From the IMG/VR virus record IMGVR_UViG_3300014526_000001: a DNA stretch of 64,000 bases, one strand, 5' to 3'. The translations under genes were made by a program, and so were the position numbers. Numbering within the stretch: the stretch's first letter is position 1; every line of letters begins with the position of its first letter. The DNA is from an uncultured virus (IMG/VR IMGVR_UViG_3300014526_000001) (Duplodnaviria; Heunggongvirae; Uroviricota; Caudoviricetes). The notes below the pieces were generated by a model that made no database searches, was not told where the DNA came from, and saw only the letters and a program-made list of their open reading frames with translations. Positions 10,484 through 20,106 of the stretch are shown in pieces.

Positions 10484-11098
10484 ATGGTAATGGCAGTTGG
10501 AGGAATTATTGAAGAAAAAGACATAGGGCTTTCCATTGGTACGAATGGTACTTTTAATAATACAGAATTAACAGAGGATGGGAAGGTTCGTCTAAAAATT
10601 GTTGGAGTAACGGAATCTGGTGAACCGCATTATGTCACAGAAGGCGAATGGGTTTCTGAGATTATCAATATTGGAGATAACTTTAAAGAGTTCGGTAAGC
10701 TGCTTACATCCCACACTTCAGCAGGAACTTCATCTATTAAGGCTTATTCTCGTACAAGCAACAACGGAAGAGCATTCGATCCATGGATAGAGGTCCTTGA
10801 GGACGGTACAATCCAATCTGAAAAACGCCTCTTCATTCAAGTTAAGATTGTCTTTAAAGCTGGTAAAATAGTGAACACATTAAATGTAGGAAACATTACT
10901 GTGCCAACTGGCGTAGATTTATTCTCTGAAAACGAATACATTGAAACACAAGGGAGCCTTAAGCTAAAAAGAAATCATCAACGAGACATGACTATTGATC
11001 ATACATGGACAGGCGAAGGCAGTTTACACCGGATTAAAGTTAAGCGTGATGAATGGGTACGTATTGATAATCTAAACATATCTTCAAAAGAAATTTAA
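10484..11098 (+). CDS. Phage structural protein
   Basis: AAGGAG RBS; GTFNNTEL...GEWVSEII motif; C-terminus loosely resembles the end of module A. Confidence 0.65.
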   Translation: MVMAVGGIIEEKDIGLSIGTNGTFNNTELTEDGKVRLKIVGVTESGEPHYVTEGEWVSEIINIGDNFKEFGKLLTSHTSAGTSSIKAYSRTSNNGRAFDPWIEVLEDGTIQSEKRLFIQVKIVFKAGKIVNTLNVGNITVPTGVDLFSENEYIETQGSLKLKRNHQRDMTIDHTWTGEGSLHRIKVKRDEWVRIDNLNISSKEI

Positions 11099-11157
11099 GA
11101 TTCAAAAGGAATCTTTCATATAAGGCAAATAAGAATATCAAGATAAGGAGTGTAACA

Positions 11158-12723
11158 ATGACTAGTTTTTTAATTTTTAGAAACGATAAGACAGGAAATC
11201 ACTTTTCTGTTTCAGAAGGTGTCTTGACTCATTTGCCTGCTACAGTAGATGCAGCTATGATTCAAAAGTACGGCCTACCTCAAGGAAATGAAGTGCAGCT
11301 AGACGTGCCGTTTACAAAACATGTTTACGTTACTTATGATAGTTCCCAATACTTAGAAACATCTGAAGACTTTCTAGAAGGGTTTAGTGTGTATGATTAT
11401 ATCTCTGAAACTCCTACAGTCTTAGTCGATACAGACAGCACGGAAGATGTAATCGTATCTACAGTAACTGATCCATTTACGATTTATGACGAATTCGGAG
11501 ACTCGGTAGAAGTTCTTTACTACACAGACGATGAAACAGTGACAGAAGCAAATCTTATTGTGACTGCTAATTGGTCCCCTCTAGATGAGCTAGAAGGAGA
11601 CTTCGAAATTGTTACATGGACTGACGAGTCACCAGAGACAGCCAAGCGTGTCTTAGAAATCACTGCGGTTCCAAAACCCCAATTCATCTATCTATTAAAT
11701 AGTGTAGGCGTTTTCGGTGAGCTAGGCAAAGTGTTGATCGCAAACACATCTATTGCGTATCGTGATGAACTTCGAATCTTATTTACACCAAACCAAACAG
11801 ATTGGTATCGCTGGGACGGAGCAACTTTTATAAAGGTAAATATTACTTCTGCTGCAGATGCGAAAACTTATGGAATGAAGCATGCAGAAGTAGCAGCCAT
11901 GACAGAAAAACAATTAACTTTATGGCCATTCGATAAAATTAGTGTAGGACTGTACTTAGAAGATAATGTTCAAGATACAATCATTACTTCAGTAAACTCT
12001 ATAGCTTATGAAGACTTAATCGCAAAACACTCGTCTAGTCTAAATGAAGCAAATCTTTATATCCTAAACACTACAGCTGTAATTGACTTAGAATTTGTAG
12101 GATCTACTGTTTTCGGCGTGCTCAATGATGCGGACTTATCTCGAGTTCAATATCGTGTTGTCTTAAATGATGAACCATATTTCCCTCAAAACGGAAAATA
12201 CACTGAGCTTGCTCCAGCCCCAATGAATATCCAGTTGGAATTAAGGAGCTCTGACATTAAAATCAATGATTGGAACACAATCAAAGTCGAGTTCAGAGAT
12301 TCATTCGGCACAGTTGACTACTGGGCAAAAAGCTTTGTAGGTACTTATAACGGGTTAATGTTTAAAGATTTAGAGGGCGAGTTTTACTCTGATGAAATTG
12401 GTCAAGTATTAAAGTATTTAGACTTTGGTGTTATCTATGCGGGCCAGACTACAATTGAGCATGAGATTATTCTCCGCAATCAATATGGCTATGCAGTAAA
12501 AGATGTTCAAATATCAGTAAACCAAAGTCAAATGCTCCCTGGCATGCAATATGAACTGAGTAAAACATCTGCTCCATTCGTACCAACAGAGGAATTGCTC
12601 TTTGAAGAAACATTAGATGATCAAAATCAACTGTCATTCTTTATCCGATTAAAAACAGACTTAGCAATGACACCTGAAACAAATGGTCAATTCAAAATCG
12701 TTGCTAAAGCGAATAAAGCATGA
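11158..12723 (+). CDS. Acidic phage structural (tail/baseplate-like) protein
   Basis: 521-aa acidic, beta-rich ORF with AAGGAG RBS; its N-terminus resembles module B. Confidence 0.65.
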   Translation: MTSFLIFRNDKTGNHFSVSEGVLTHLPATVDAAMIQKYGLPQGNEVQLDVPFTKHVYVTYDSSQYLETSEDFLEGFSVYDYISETPTVLVDTDSTEDVIVSTVTDPFTIYDEFGDSVEVLYYTDDETVTEANLIVTANWSPLDELEGDFEIVTWTDESPETAKRVLEITAVPKPQFIYLLNSVGVFGELGKVLIANTSIAYRDELRILFTPNQTDWYRWDGATFIKVNITSAADAKTYGMKHAEVAAMTEKQLTLWPFDKISVGLYLEDNVQDTIITSVNSIAYEDLIAKHSSSLNEANLYILNTTAVIDLEFVGSTVFGVLNDADLSRVQYRVVLNDEPYFPQNGKYTELAPAPMNIQLELRSSDIKINDWNTIKVEFRDSFGTVDYWAKSFVGTYNGLMFKDLEGEFYSDEIGQVLKYLDFGVIYAGQTTIEHEIILRNQYGYAVKDVQISVNQSQMLPGMQYELSKTSAPFVPTEELLFEETLDDQNQLSFFIRLKTDLAMTPETNGQFKIVAKANKA

Positions 12724-12753
12724 TCACAATACAATGTGATGGGAGTGTAGAAA

Positions 12754-14700
12754 ATGTCTAATACAATAGATGTTTTTACAGAGATCCAGGCTCACACGGG
12801 TGCTACCGTTCATACAGAAATTATAGCACAGCATTCCGAAAACTCTGCTGTGTATGCCGAGATCACTGTACCAGAAGTAATAGAAAACACAATGCAAGCC
12901 AAGTTCTTTTTATATGGAACAGGCAGAAATGATATTTTAGTAGACATTCAGTCTAGAGCAATCAGAACAAGGTCGATTGACAGTGAAATCCACGCTAGGG
13001 CAATAAGAAGTAAAGATATTTACTCAGAAATTAATGCAGTCTATCGTGGAAACTCAGACATTTTTGTTGAAATTCAGCCAATGGGATTTGTTCAAGTACC
13101 AGCTGAAATCGAAGTACGTCCGCATACAAATATGCAGGCAATCTATGAAACGAAGAAGCCTCCTATTCTTACGGATAGTTACTTCCCAATACAGGATGCT
13201 TTCACTAAGAAAGAAACAGGATTCCAAACAATCAACTATGGTAAATCCTCTACAATGGTGATTGGAAATAATGATGAGTTCGAATCTTTTATTAGATTTG
13301 AAACAAAGAGAATGGACAGTCGATATGTAATCACGAATGTAAAATTAGAGCTAACATATCTTGGAGAAGTTGTTGATGGTTACAAAATTAATCTTCATAC
13401 GGCTGCCCGAGCATGGTATGAGACAGGTATCACCTATCAAAACAAACCACCTAAATTAGATTTAATTTCTCATAATTATGTAAACGATAAAGCTCGAAAA
13501 GTTATTATCTTCGATGTAACAGATATAGCATCTGCGTGGCTATTTAAACAAGCAGAAAACAATGGTCTTGTCATGTCTACAATGGAAAAAGATTCTCTGT
13601 ACTTTAGAACTAATAACTCTAGTGAAAAATATTCACCAAGATTAGTCGTAAGCTATTACGATAGTGTAGTTCCAAGTACAGGAAGAAGTCAAATACGCTC
13701 TGAGATCTTTATCTACAATAGAGAAACCAAGGACGTTCGTGCAGAGATTGAAGTTGCTTCCACATTTAGCTTTGAAAGAATTCTAACAGAAATTTATGTT
13801 CACCAACCAGATGTTCCTTTGGACAATAATATCTTTACAGAAATCACAGTAAATAAGGCGGTTGTCGAAGCAGAAATAACAGCAATCCGAAGTGAGCAAT
13901 CCGAAGTATTTGCAGTTGTAACGGCGCGAAGTGAGCAATTTAGTCGAAGTATAGATGCATCTATTACTGTATCTAGGAAATTTACATTAGCAGAAGTCAC
14001 AGCCAGACTCCAGGATAAATTAGAAATTGATTCTGAAGTCTATGCATCAAGAAACAAAGTATTGAGCGAAATTTCCGTATCTTTAGAAGGCCAAGACAGT
14101 ATCTATGCGGAGATTACAGCAAACGATATTCATGTTCGCTACATTGAAGCCGAGATCACGCCAAGAATTGCTAAATTAAGCGATATTTTTGTGGAGATCG
14201 AACCGAACATCAAATCAGATATCCTAAGCGAGATCACTTCTACACGGGAAATCATTTTATCCGAAATCATGGCAGCTAGACGCGATGATAGCGAGACCTT
14301 TGCGGAATTAATTGTTCGTGCAATAGATAATAGCGATACTGAATGTATTGTCCTCGCATCCAAGGACAAAATCTTCACTGAAATCACGGTGAACATTTGG
14401 AAAGATGAAGACATTACTTTAGAGATTACTCCTAGAATTAAGCGAGAATCCGAGGTGCTTGCTAATATCTACGTAAGCAATATTTCTGAGGTCCTTACAG
14501 TAATTGATGTAGTTGGTTCAAGCTTAAAACCTGCTGAGGTCACTATTTCGAGGCAGATAGCCCAGGCTGAAATTTATGTTCCTTTCTACGAAGATGCCGA
14601 TATCTTAATAGAAATTAAACCTCGTATTCTATTTGCAAACGACATTAATTGTGAAATCACGATGGGTAAAGTTTCAAAAGGATATGCGTTTATCATGTAA
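12754..14700 (+). CDS. Repeat-rich fibre-like protein with central DNRLRE-type domain
   Basis: QDAF...NYG...FIRF...FDVT...NNGL...PRLVVSY domain flanked by many short 'DI.aEI.v' repeats. Confidence 0.7.
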   Translation: MSNTIDVFTEIQAHTGATVHTEIIAQHSENSAVYAEITVPEVIENTMQAKFFLYGTGRNDILVDIQSRAIRTRSIDSEIHARAIRSKDIYSEINAVYRGNSDIFVEIQPMGFVQVPAEIEVRPHTNMQAIYETKKPPILTDSYFPIQDAFTKKETGFQTINYGKSSTMVIGNNDEFESFIRFETKRMDSRYVITNVKLELTYLGEVVDGYKINLHTAARAWYETGITYQNKPPKLDLISHNYVNDKARKVIIFDVTDIASAWLFKQAENNGLVMSTMEKDSLYFRTNNSSEKYSPRLVVSYYDSVVPSTGRSQIRSEIFIYNRETKDVRAEIEVASTFSFERILTEIYVHQPDVPLDNNIFTEITVNKAVVEAEITAIRSEQSEVFAVVTARSEQFSRSIDASITVSRKFTLAEVTARLQDKLEIDSEVYASRNKVLSEISVSLEGQDSIYAEITANDIHVRYIEAEITPRIAKLSDIFVEIEPNIKSDILSEITSTREIILSEIMAARRDDSETFAELIVRAIDNSDTECIVLASKDKIFTEITVNIWKDEDITLEITPRIKRESEVLANIYVSNISEVLTVIDVVGSSLKPAEVTISRQIAQAEIYVPFYEDADILIEIKPRILFANDINCEITMGKVSKGYAFIM

Positions 14701-14701
14701 T

Positions 14702-14738
14702 AATAACAGGTGGATGATTCTGTCGTCCGCCTGTTATT
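14702..14738 (+). terminator. Hairpin after first structural operon
   Basis: AATAACAGGTGGA pairs with TCCGCCTGTTATT immediately after the stop. Confidence 0.6.
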
Positions 14739-14762
14739 TATATAAATAAGGAAGGTGTAAAT

Positions 14763-14929
14763 ATGACTGTCAAAAAAATTGTCATAAGCAACTTATTGCA
14801 GTATCACTACGCCCGCTGTATCAGAATTAAAACCAATGAGTATGGAATACACTATTCAAGACAGGATTCAGTAAGTCATTGAACCTGAAAAAGTATTCAA
14901 ATATAAAAAAAGTAGCGACAAAGTTATAA
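14763..14929 (+). pseudogene. Collapsed relic of a module-A gene
   Basis: GGAAGGTG RBS and ATG at 14763; shifted frames read SELKPMSM and FSKSLNLKKYSNIKKVATKL-stop (14867-14929). Confidence 0.6.
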
Positions 14930-15006
14930 CAGCAGATTGTCATGTGTAGGTTATATCTTTTTTTAGGTAATTCAATTATAGAACAAACAATGGAGGAGAG
15001 ATTATT

Positions 15007-15414
15007 ATGGCAGTTCATTATACAGATCCGAAGGAATTACAAGGCGAGCAAGCCGATATATTATGGGAATCCCTTACGACCAACCCTTTATTGGTAAGGC
15101 GGACTCCCATATCAGTTAACCAACAACTAAATACAAAGAATTCGAGAATCATATCTGGGATTAATGAAATTAAGTCTCAGGCCGACACAGCTAAGAACTC
15201 CGTTATTGAAGCAATGAATTACGTAAACCATGTTGTTGGTGACGCTGGCGATCCAGAGGTTCAAGCTAAGCTAAATGAATTAGGAGGAAATATGATCGAT
15301 GCTGTATACGCTTTAAGAGACAAGGCTAACAGCATTCTGGAAGAAGCAAAAACATATACTGATGAAAAATTTTCCTCTGTTGATATTAAAATAATTGATG
15401 GTGGAAACTTTTAA
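15007..15414 (+). CDS. Tail-fibre-associated coiled-coil protein
   Basis: GGAGG RBS; LNTKNSRIISGINEI motif and IDGGNF C-terminus common in phage tail proteins. Confidence 0.65.
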   Translation: MAVHYTDPKELQGEQADILWESLTTNPLLVRRTPISVNQQLNTKNSRIISGINEIKSQADTAKNSVIEAMNYVNHVVGDAGDPEVQAKLNELGGNMIDAVYALRDKANSILEEAKTYTDEKFSSVDIKIIDGGNF

Positions 15415-15538
15415 AGGGTATAAAATTTTTCTCTATTTTTGACGGTAGAAGAACTAATTAAATCCCTAAGTGCCACTTAACGACGGAGGATATATTGATC
15501 TCACATCAATTTCTCTCAGAAAGTATTTATTCGATTAA

Positions 15539-15663
15539 CAAAATGTCCTTGTAGCACCGAATGACTTCAAGCTGCAAGGAAGTCATGAAGGGGCGTACTG
15601 GATGACAATCCATAGTATTACAAAAGATGTGATCATGTCTTCTCTTCAAATCGGTGTCTTTTA
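15539..15663 (+). pseudogene. Discoidin-domain gene fragment
   Basis: Stop-bounded frame reads APNDFKLQGSHEGAYWMTIHSI, matching the PKxFxxQGSxDGxxW discoidin motif of neighbouring genes. Confidence 0.5.
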
Positions 15664-16150
15664 AAAACATATTACTGTAAACAATACAGCATTAGATTTT
15701 GTTAATGCACCTTAAATAATGATTTAAAGACAACTGATTTGTAGAAAACATCTTTTTTTCGACCTACACGGGAAAATAGAATCATGGAAGGAGATTTAAA
15801 AGAAGACAGCATCTATCATCATGTATTCAAAAAGCTCCTTCCTGTGTTTATGGGAAAATTTTAAGTTGTAGATCGAATTGTGTTGGATCATTAAGAAATA
15901 TTCAGTCAATTCAAAATTTTAACAAACACCTTAATAACTTGAATTAAAAATTGAAACAAAATAGCATACCAGTTTAATTAAGTAGAACATCGAATTTACA
16001 AAAATAAAACGCTTAGAATCTAATGTCGTGGAATACTAATTCTACGACATTTTTTTATTGCTTAAACCTTTGATATCATAGGGTTTATAAAAGTTTTATA
16101 AAGTTCCTATCGATTTAAGATAGCAAAATTAATATGACAAAAGAAAATAC

Positions 16151-17008
16151 TTGGATTATACTAAAAAAGGAGAAGGGGGTGGTCACTTGGATGCGAAGTT
16201 AGATAGCTTGAGGGTAGAATTTAAAGAGCATTTACTTAAATACCGATCTAAGACAACGGCTAAGACATACGAGTACAATGTCCGATGCTTTTTGAGTTAT
16301 CTTGAAGACAACAATATTCCTTATGAGCAGGAAAGTGTCCAGGCTTACTTAGACTCCTGCACGTCAAGAGGACTTGCAGCGTCTACTGTAAATAAAATAT
16401 ATAGAGCACTTCGTTCTTTTGCTGTATTTACTGGAGAAGAAAATGTAGTAGAGAACATAAGAGTTGTTAAAATGCCAGACTATAAGAACCAAGCTCCGAA
16501 AGCTCTCCGAAAGCTAGAGAGAGTCAGCTTAATCGAGAAAGCAGAGAAAGACATCTTACGAAACTTCGCAATAGTAATAACATTATTAAATACAGGAGTT
16601 CGTGTAAGCGAACTAGTTTCTATAAATCGAGAAGATCTAATAATTGTAAAAAATGAAGGAGAGGTGAGAATCAGACAAGGAAAAGGTAACAAAGAGAGAA
16701 CGTTGCCACTAAACAAGGAAACCAGAGACGCTATTGCTGAGTATCTAGAAACGAGAACAGATTCTAATCCCGCATTATTCTTAGGATCCAAGGGTAGATT
16801 AGGCGTAAGAGGTGTTCAGCATGTTTTAAAAAAATATGGAATCCATCCGCATCAACTACGTCATACATTTATTACTGATCTAGTACGTAAGCATGATTTA
16901 ATACTTGTTCAATTCCTTTCTGGTCACTCATCTACAGATATTCTTGCTAGATATAGTAAGCCATCTAAAGACGACTTACAAATAGCTGTAGAGAACGTTT
17001 ATAGTTAA
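16151..17008 (+). CDS. Tyrosine recombinase (XerC/XerD-like)
   Basis: LLNTGVRVSE (R), GKGNKER (K), HQLRH, LSGH and ARYS (Y) catalytic motifs. Real start may be TTG 16187. Confidence 0.9.
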   Translation: MDYTKKGEGGGHLDAKLDSLRVEFKEHLLKYRSKTTAKTYEYNVRCFLSYLEDNNIPYEQESVQAYLDSCTSRGLAASTVNKIYRALRSFAVFTGEENVVENIRVVKMPDYKNQAPKALRKLERVSLIEKAEKDILRNFAIVITLLNTGVRVSELVSINREDLIIVKNEGEVRIRQGKGNKERTLPLNKETRDAIAEYLETRTDSNPALFLGSKGRLGVRGVQHVLKKYGIHPHQLRHTFITDLVRKHDLILVQFLSGHSSTDILARYSKPSKDDLQIAVENVYS

Positions 17009-17131
17009 GGATGGGGATTAGAATGAGCTATAGTATAGGTAAAGAAATTGGAATGCAGAGAAAAATATGGTGTAATTTACAAATGTCTTTCCTATAAAGA
17101 AAACTTTAAGCAAGGTGTATGAAAGGGGGAT

Positions 17132-17491
17132 TTGTCTATGAACCTTACTGCACTAGAAATTCTAGACAATTTCGAGGTAAAGAAAGTAATCCCATTTAAG
17201 AGTCATAACTTAGAAGGTTATTCTTCTAGTATTTCTGTTAAAAACCCAGTGATTAACGGCGTTATTTATTATGACTCCATAATGGAGAACAATGTTGTCA
17301 ACTTAGAAATGACTAAGAATATAAATAATAATTTAGTCACTATTATAGAAAAAAATTCTAAAGATATATTTGCAGAAAAGCCGCTATCACTAATAGAAAA
17401 GAAATTTAGATATGACACTAAAATGGAGGTTCTTCGTGGCCTATACCGAAAAACTCTTGATAAAGTTAAAGGTGAGGAGGTCAATGAATGA
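17132..17491 (+). CDS. Hypothetical protein
   Basis: 119-aa ORF with GGGGG RBS; overlaps next gene by 4 nt. Confidence 0.6.
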   Translation: MSMNLTALEILDNFEVKKVIPFKSHNLEGYSSSISVKNPVINGVIYYDSIMENNVVNLEMTKNINNNLVTIIEKNSKDIFAEKPLSLIEKKFRYDTKMEVLRGLYRKTLDKVKGEEVNE

Positions 17492-17961
17492 TAAACGAAT
17501 TACTAATGGATAATGAAATTTATATTGCTAGAAAAGATTCTCATAAAATTAAAGTAGAAGAAATGGACCCTAAAATAGAATATCATCCATGTGATGATAA
17601 CGAAGGCTCTTGTATAATCATTAATGGTTATAAGTATTCCATAGTATTAAAAAAAGATAAATTGGAGATTTGCGTTAATGAAGACGTTTCGCCTAAATAC
17701 TGGAACCACGAATTTATTTCAGCAAAACTTTGGTTTGACTCATTTGCAAAAGCTGTAGAAAGACATAAACTTTGTACATCGGTATACAAAGATGTAGACC
17801 CACATCAGCTGATGAGTTTATTATTCTTTTTTGACTTAGAAACAAAAGATTATAATAATTTAAAAGATGTAATTGATGCTGCGGACGCAGTCATAACAGA
17901 GATTAGTGAAGAAACGGAAAATTTCGCTAAACGCTCACTAATAAAATTTTTTAGTAAATAA
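17488..17961 (+). CDS. Hypothetical protein
   Basis: 157-aa ORF with GAGGAGG RBS, followed by a hairpin. Confidence 0.65.
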   Translation: MINELLMDNEIYIARKDSHKIKVEEMDPKIEYHPCDDNEGSCIIINGYKYSIVLKKDKLEICVNEDVSPKYWNHEFISAKLWFDSFAKAVERHKLCTSVYKDVDPHQLMSLLFFFDLETKDYNNLKDVIDAADAVITEISEETENFAKRSLIKFFSK

Positions 17962-17971
17962 AACCCCTCAC

Positions 17972-18000
17972 ATCCCACTTTCAAATTATGAAAGTGGGAT
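17972..18000. terminator. Hairpin
   Basis: ATCCCACTTTCA / TGAAAGTGGGAT perfect 12-bp stem. Confidence 0.65.
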
Positions 18001-18017
18001 ATTTATTGGTCATTACA

Positions 18018-18055
18018 CGAACCTATGTTCTTATAATAACACAAACAAATGTTCT
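18018..18055. promoter_or_regulatory. Two LexA (SOS/Cheo) box-like sites
   Basis: CGAACCTATGTTCT (18018-18031) and CAAACAAATGTTCT (18042-18055) versus Bacillus GAAC-N4-GTTC. Confidence 0.6.
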
Positions 18056-18148
18056 TTTCTATATATTTTAAAAAAAATATAATTAGGCTTCTTCTTCTCA
18101 GTAATAAGTATTTAAAACTAAGGCTTACTGTCGAAGGAGATAATATTT

Positions 18149-19264
18149 ATGAATACAAAAGAAGAAGTCTTATCTGCATTAGAAACCAATGATAAATCTG
18201 GTATTATCCCAGCTATAAATGAAATATTCAGAAAAAACGTAGCAATGGTTGATAAACACTATGAAACGAAAAGTTATCAGATCGAAGGAGAAGACACCAT
18301 TGTTTATCGCATAAAGAGAGATGAAACTGATGGTGTTCCTTATACTGTGCTTGAAGTAGCATCACCTATTAATAGTAATAATGGTTACTCTTCAAACGAT
18401 ACAGAGGCAACTTTAACATTAATGCGAGAAATTGATGGGGATTCTGGAGGGGCGGAGTTTGTAGATTTTTTTAATAATGGATATGAGGATTCAAGAAAAA
18501 TGGGCGTACGAATTCAATCTAGGGGTGCAGGAGCACTAAGGGATTTCGTATTTGAATTTAATGATGGGAACTTTATAAAAGAAGTTTTTAAAATTGCTAC
18601 AAACTATGTGGAACTACAAAATGATTTAAAAATAAAAAAAGATGGCAGGAAAATTATAAATTTTCTTGATGGTAACGGAGCGCTTGAGTATCAAGTAGGA
18701 AAAGTTTCTGACAGGTTTATGGTTTCAAATGCTAATAATGATGCATCAATTGAAATCTTTGATAATGGTTATATTAAAGTATATACGCCTACTTCTGTAG
18801 GTTTATATACAGATGATATGGTCTATATAAATGATCTACCAATATCCACAATAAATAGTGGCTCAATACGACCTGCCAATCCAATAATAGGACAACAATT
18901 TTTTGATACCACTATCTCAAAGACAATTAGCTGGAATGGCTCAACATGGTTGGATAACAGCGAAGTAGTAGAGCCGTGGAAAGAAGCTTCACTGGCAGAA
19001 GGTGTTACGGGGTCTTTAAAATATAGAAAAGTAGGGGGCCATAGGGTTGATATGTGCTTTGAAAAGTATACAATGACTCATGATATGGGAGATGATGCGT
19101 TACCGTTGTTACCAGAAGAATATAGACCTGGTTACACAGTCTATATTTGGGGTGACAAGAACTCCGATATCTCTGTTCTTGCCAAACTATCAGCCGATGG
19201 CCGTGTTGTGATGGCAAATGGCCCATTTTCTTATACAGGCATAGTAACGTTCGCTTTAAAGTAA
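18149..19264 (+). CDS. Tail fibre / receptor-binding protein
   Basis: N-terminal LETNDKSGIIPAINE; RPANPIIGQQFFDTT...WNG..W repeat; C-terminal YRKVG...LPEEYRP...ADGRV receptor-head motif. Confidence 0.7.
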   Translation: MNTKEEVLSALETNDKSGIIPAINEIFRKNVAMVDKHYETKSYQIEGEDTIVYRIKRDETDGVPYTVLEVASPINSNNGYSSNDTEATLTLMREIDGDSGGAEFVDFFNNGYEDSRKMGVRIQSRGAGALRDFVFEFNDGNFIKEVFKIATNYVELQNDLKIKKDGRKIINFLDGNGALEYQVGKVSDRFMVSNANNDASIEIFDNGYIKVYTPTSVGLYTDDMVYINDLPISTINSGSIRPANPIIGQQFFDTTISKTISWNGSTWLDNSEVVEPWKEASLAEGVTGSLKYRKVGGHRVDMCFEKYTMTHDMGDDALPLLPEEYRPGYTVYIWGDKNSDISVLAKLSADGRVVMANGPFSYTGIVTFALK

Positions 19265-19429
19265 ATATATAAATAATGCAATCAATAATTACTGAGAAGA
19301 TCAAGGAATAGTTTCAAGAAACTATAATAAAAGGCGCACAGGAACCAAACCTTTTTATTAACACACTAAATATAAGTATCCTAATGGTAATAAGTAAAAT
19401 GAAGAATTATTAAGGAAGGGTGTCTTATT

Positions 19430-20032
19430 ATGAATACAAGAGAAGAAATTTTAGAAACTCTGGAAACCGAAGATAAAACAGGTATTATTCCTGCTATTAA
19501 CGAAGTACACAGGAAAAATAATGAGATTGACAGTAAAATAGGCGATACAACCCTAATTGAAATTCCAGATGTAGAAAATCTTGTAGCAGCGGTTAACAAA
19601 TCTTTTCAATTAGCCGATGATGGAAAAACAGCGATCGCCAATGCGGTAGATGCAAAATACGTATCTGCTAGTCCATCAGATACATTTCCAACATTGGCTA
19701 ATAAAATTGGACAAATTAAAACGGCAGCTACTGTTCAAACTTTTAATCAAGATCATATAAGTATTATGGATCATAACGAATGTGGATTTCAGTTTACACC
19801 AGAAATAAGTGGTCAAGTAGCACCTATTCAAGCAGTTACTTTAATAGACCCTCAAAATAAAGAAGTATTAGTAATGGCTACAAGAGAAAGTCAAGGTCCT
19901 TTCATACTTGCAAAAGGGGATAGAATAGAAGAATCTTACATTTCAGCTACAGGTAAATGGCAAATTACTTTACAAGCTGATTCAAGTGTAAATCTAGTAC
20001 AGAAAGATTTATTAATCACGGTTGTTTATTAA
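19430..20032 (+). CDS. Tail-fibre-like protein sharing its N-terminus with 18149-19264
   Basis: MNTREEILETLETEDKTGIIPAINEV; FQLADDGKTAIANAV...DTFPTLANKIGQI phage tail motif. Confidence 0.7.
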   Translation: MNTREEILETLETEDKTGIIPAINEVHRKNNEIDSKIGDTTLIEIPDVENLVAAVNKSFQLADDGKTAIANAVDAKYVSASPSDTFPTLANKIGQIKTAATVQTFNQDHISIMDHNECGFQFTPEISGQVAPIQAVTLIDPQNKEVLVMATRESQGPFILAKGDRIEESYISATGKWQITLQADSSVNLVQKDLLITVVY

Positions 20033-20106
20033 ATATAGCACACAAAATGAAAACACTTGAGTAGTAATAAGTAACTGGAAGACTTATTAAGAAAGGGTGT
20101 TTTATT

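Noticed and set aside
13800..14414. Minus-strand ORFs inside 12754-14700 and similar short antisense or overlapping ORFs throughout the track
   Set aside because: Shadow frames of longer genes that have RBS and recognisable motifs.
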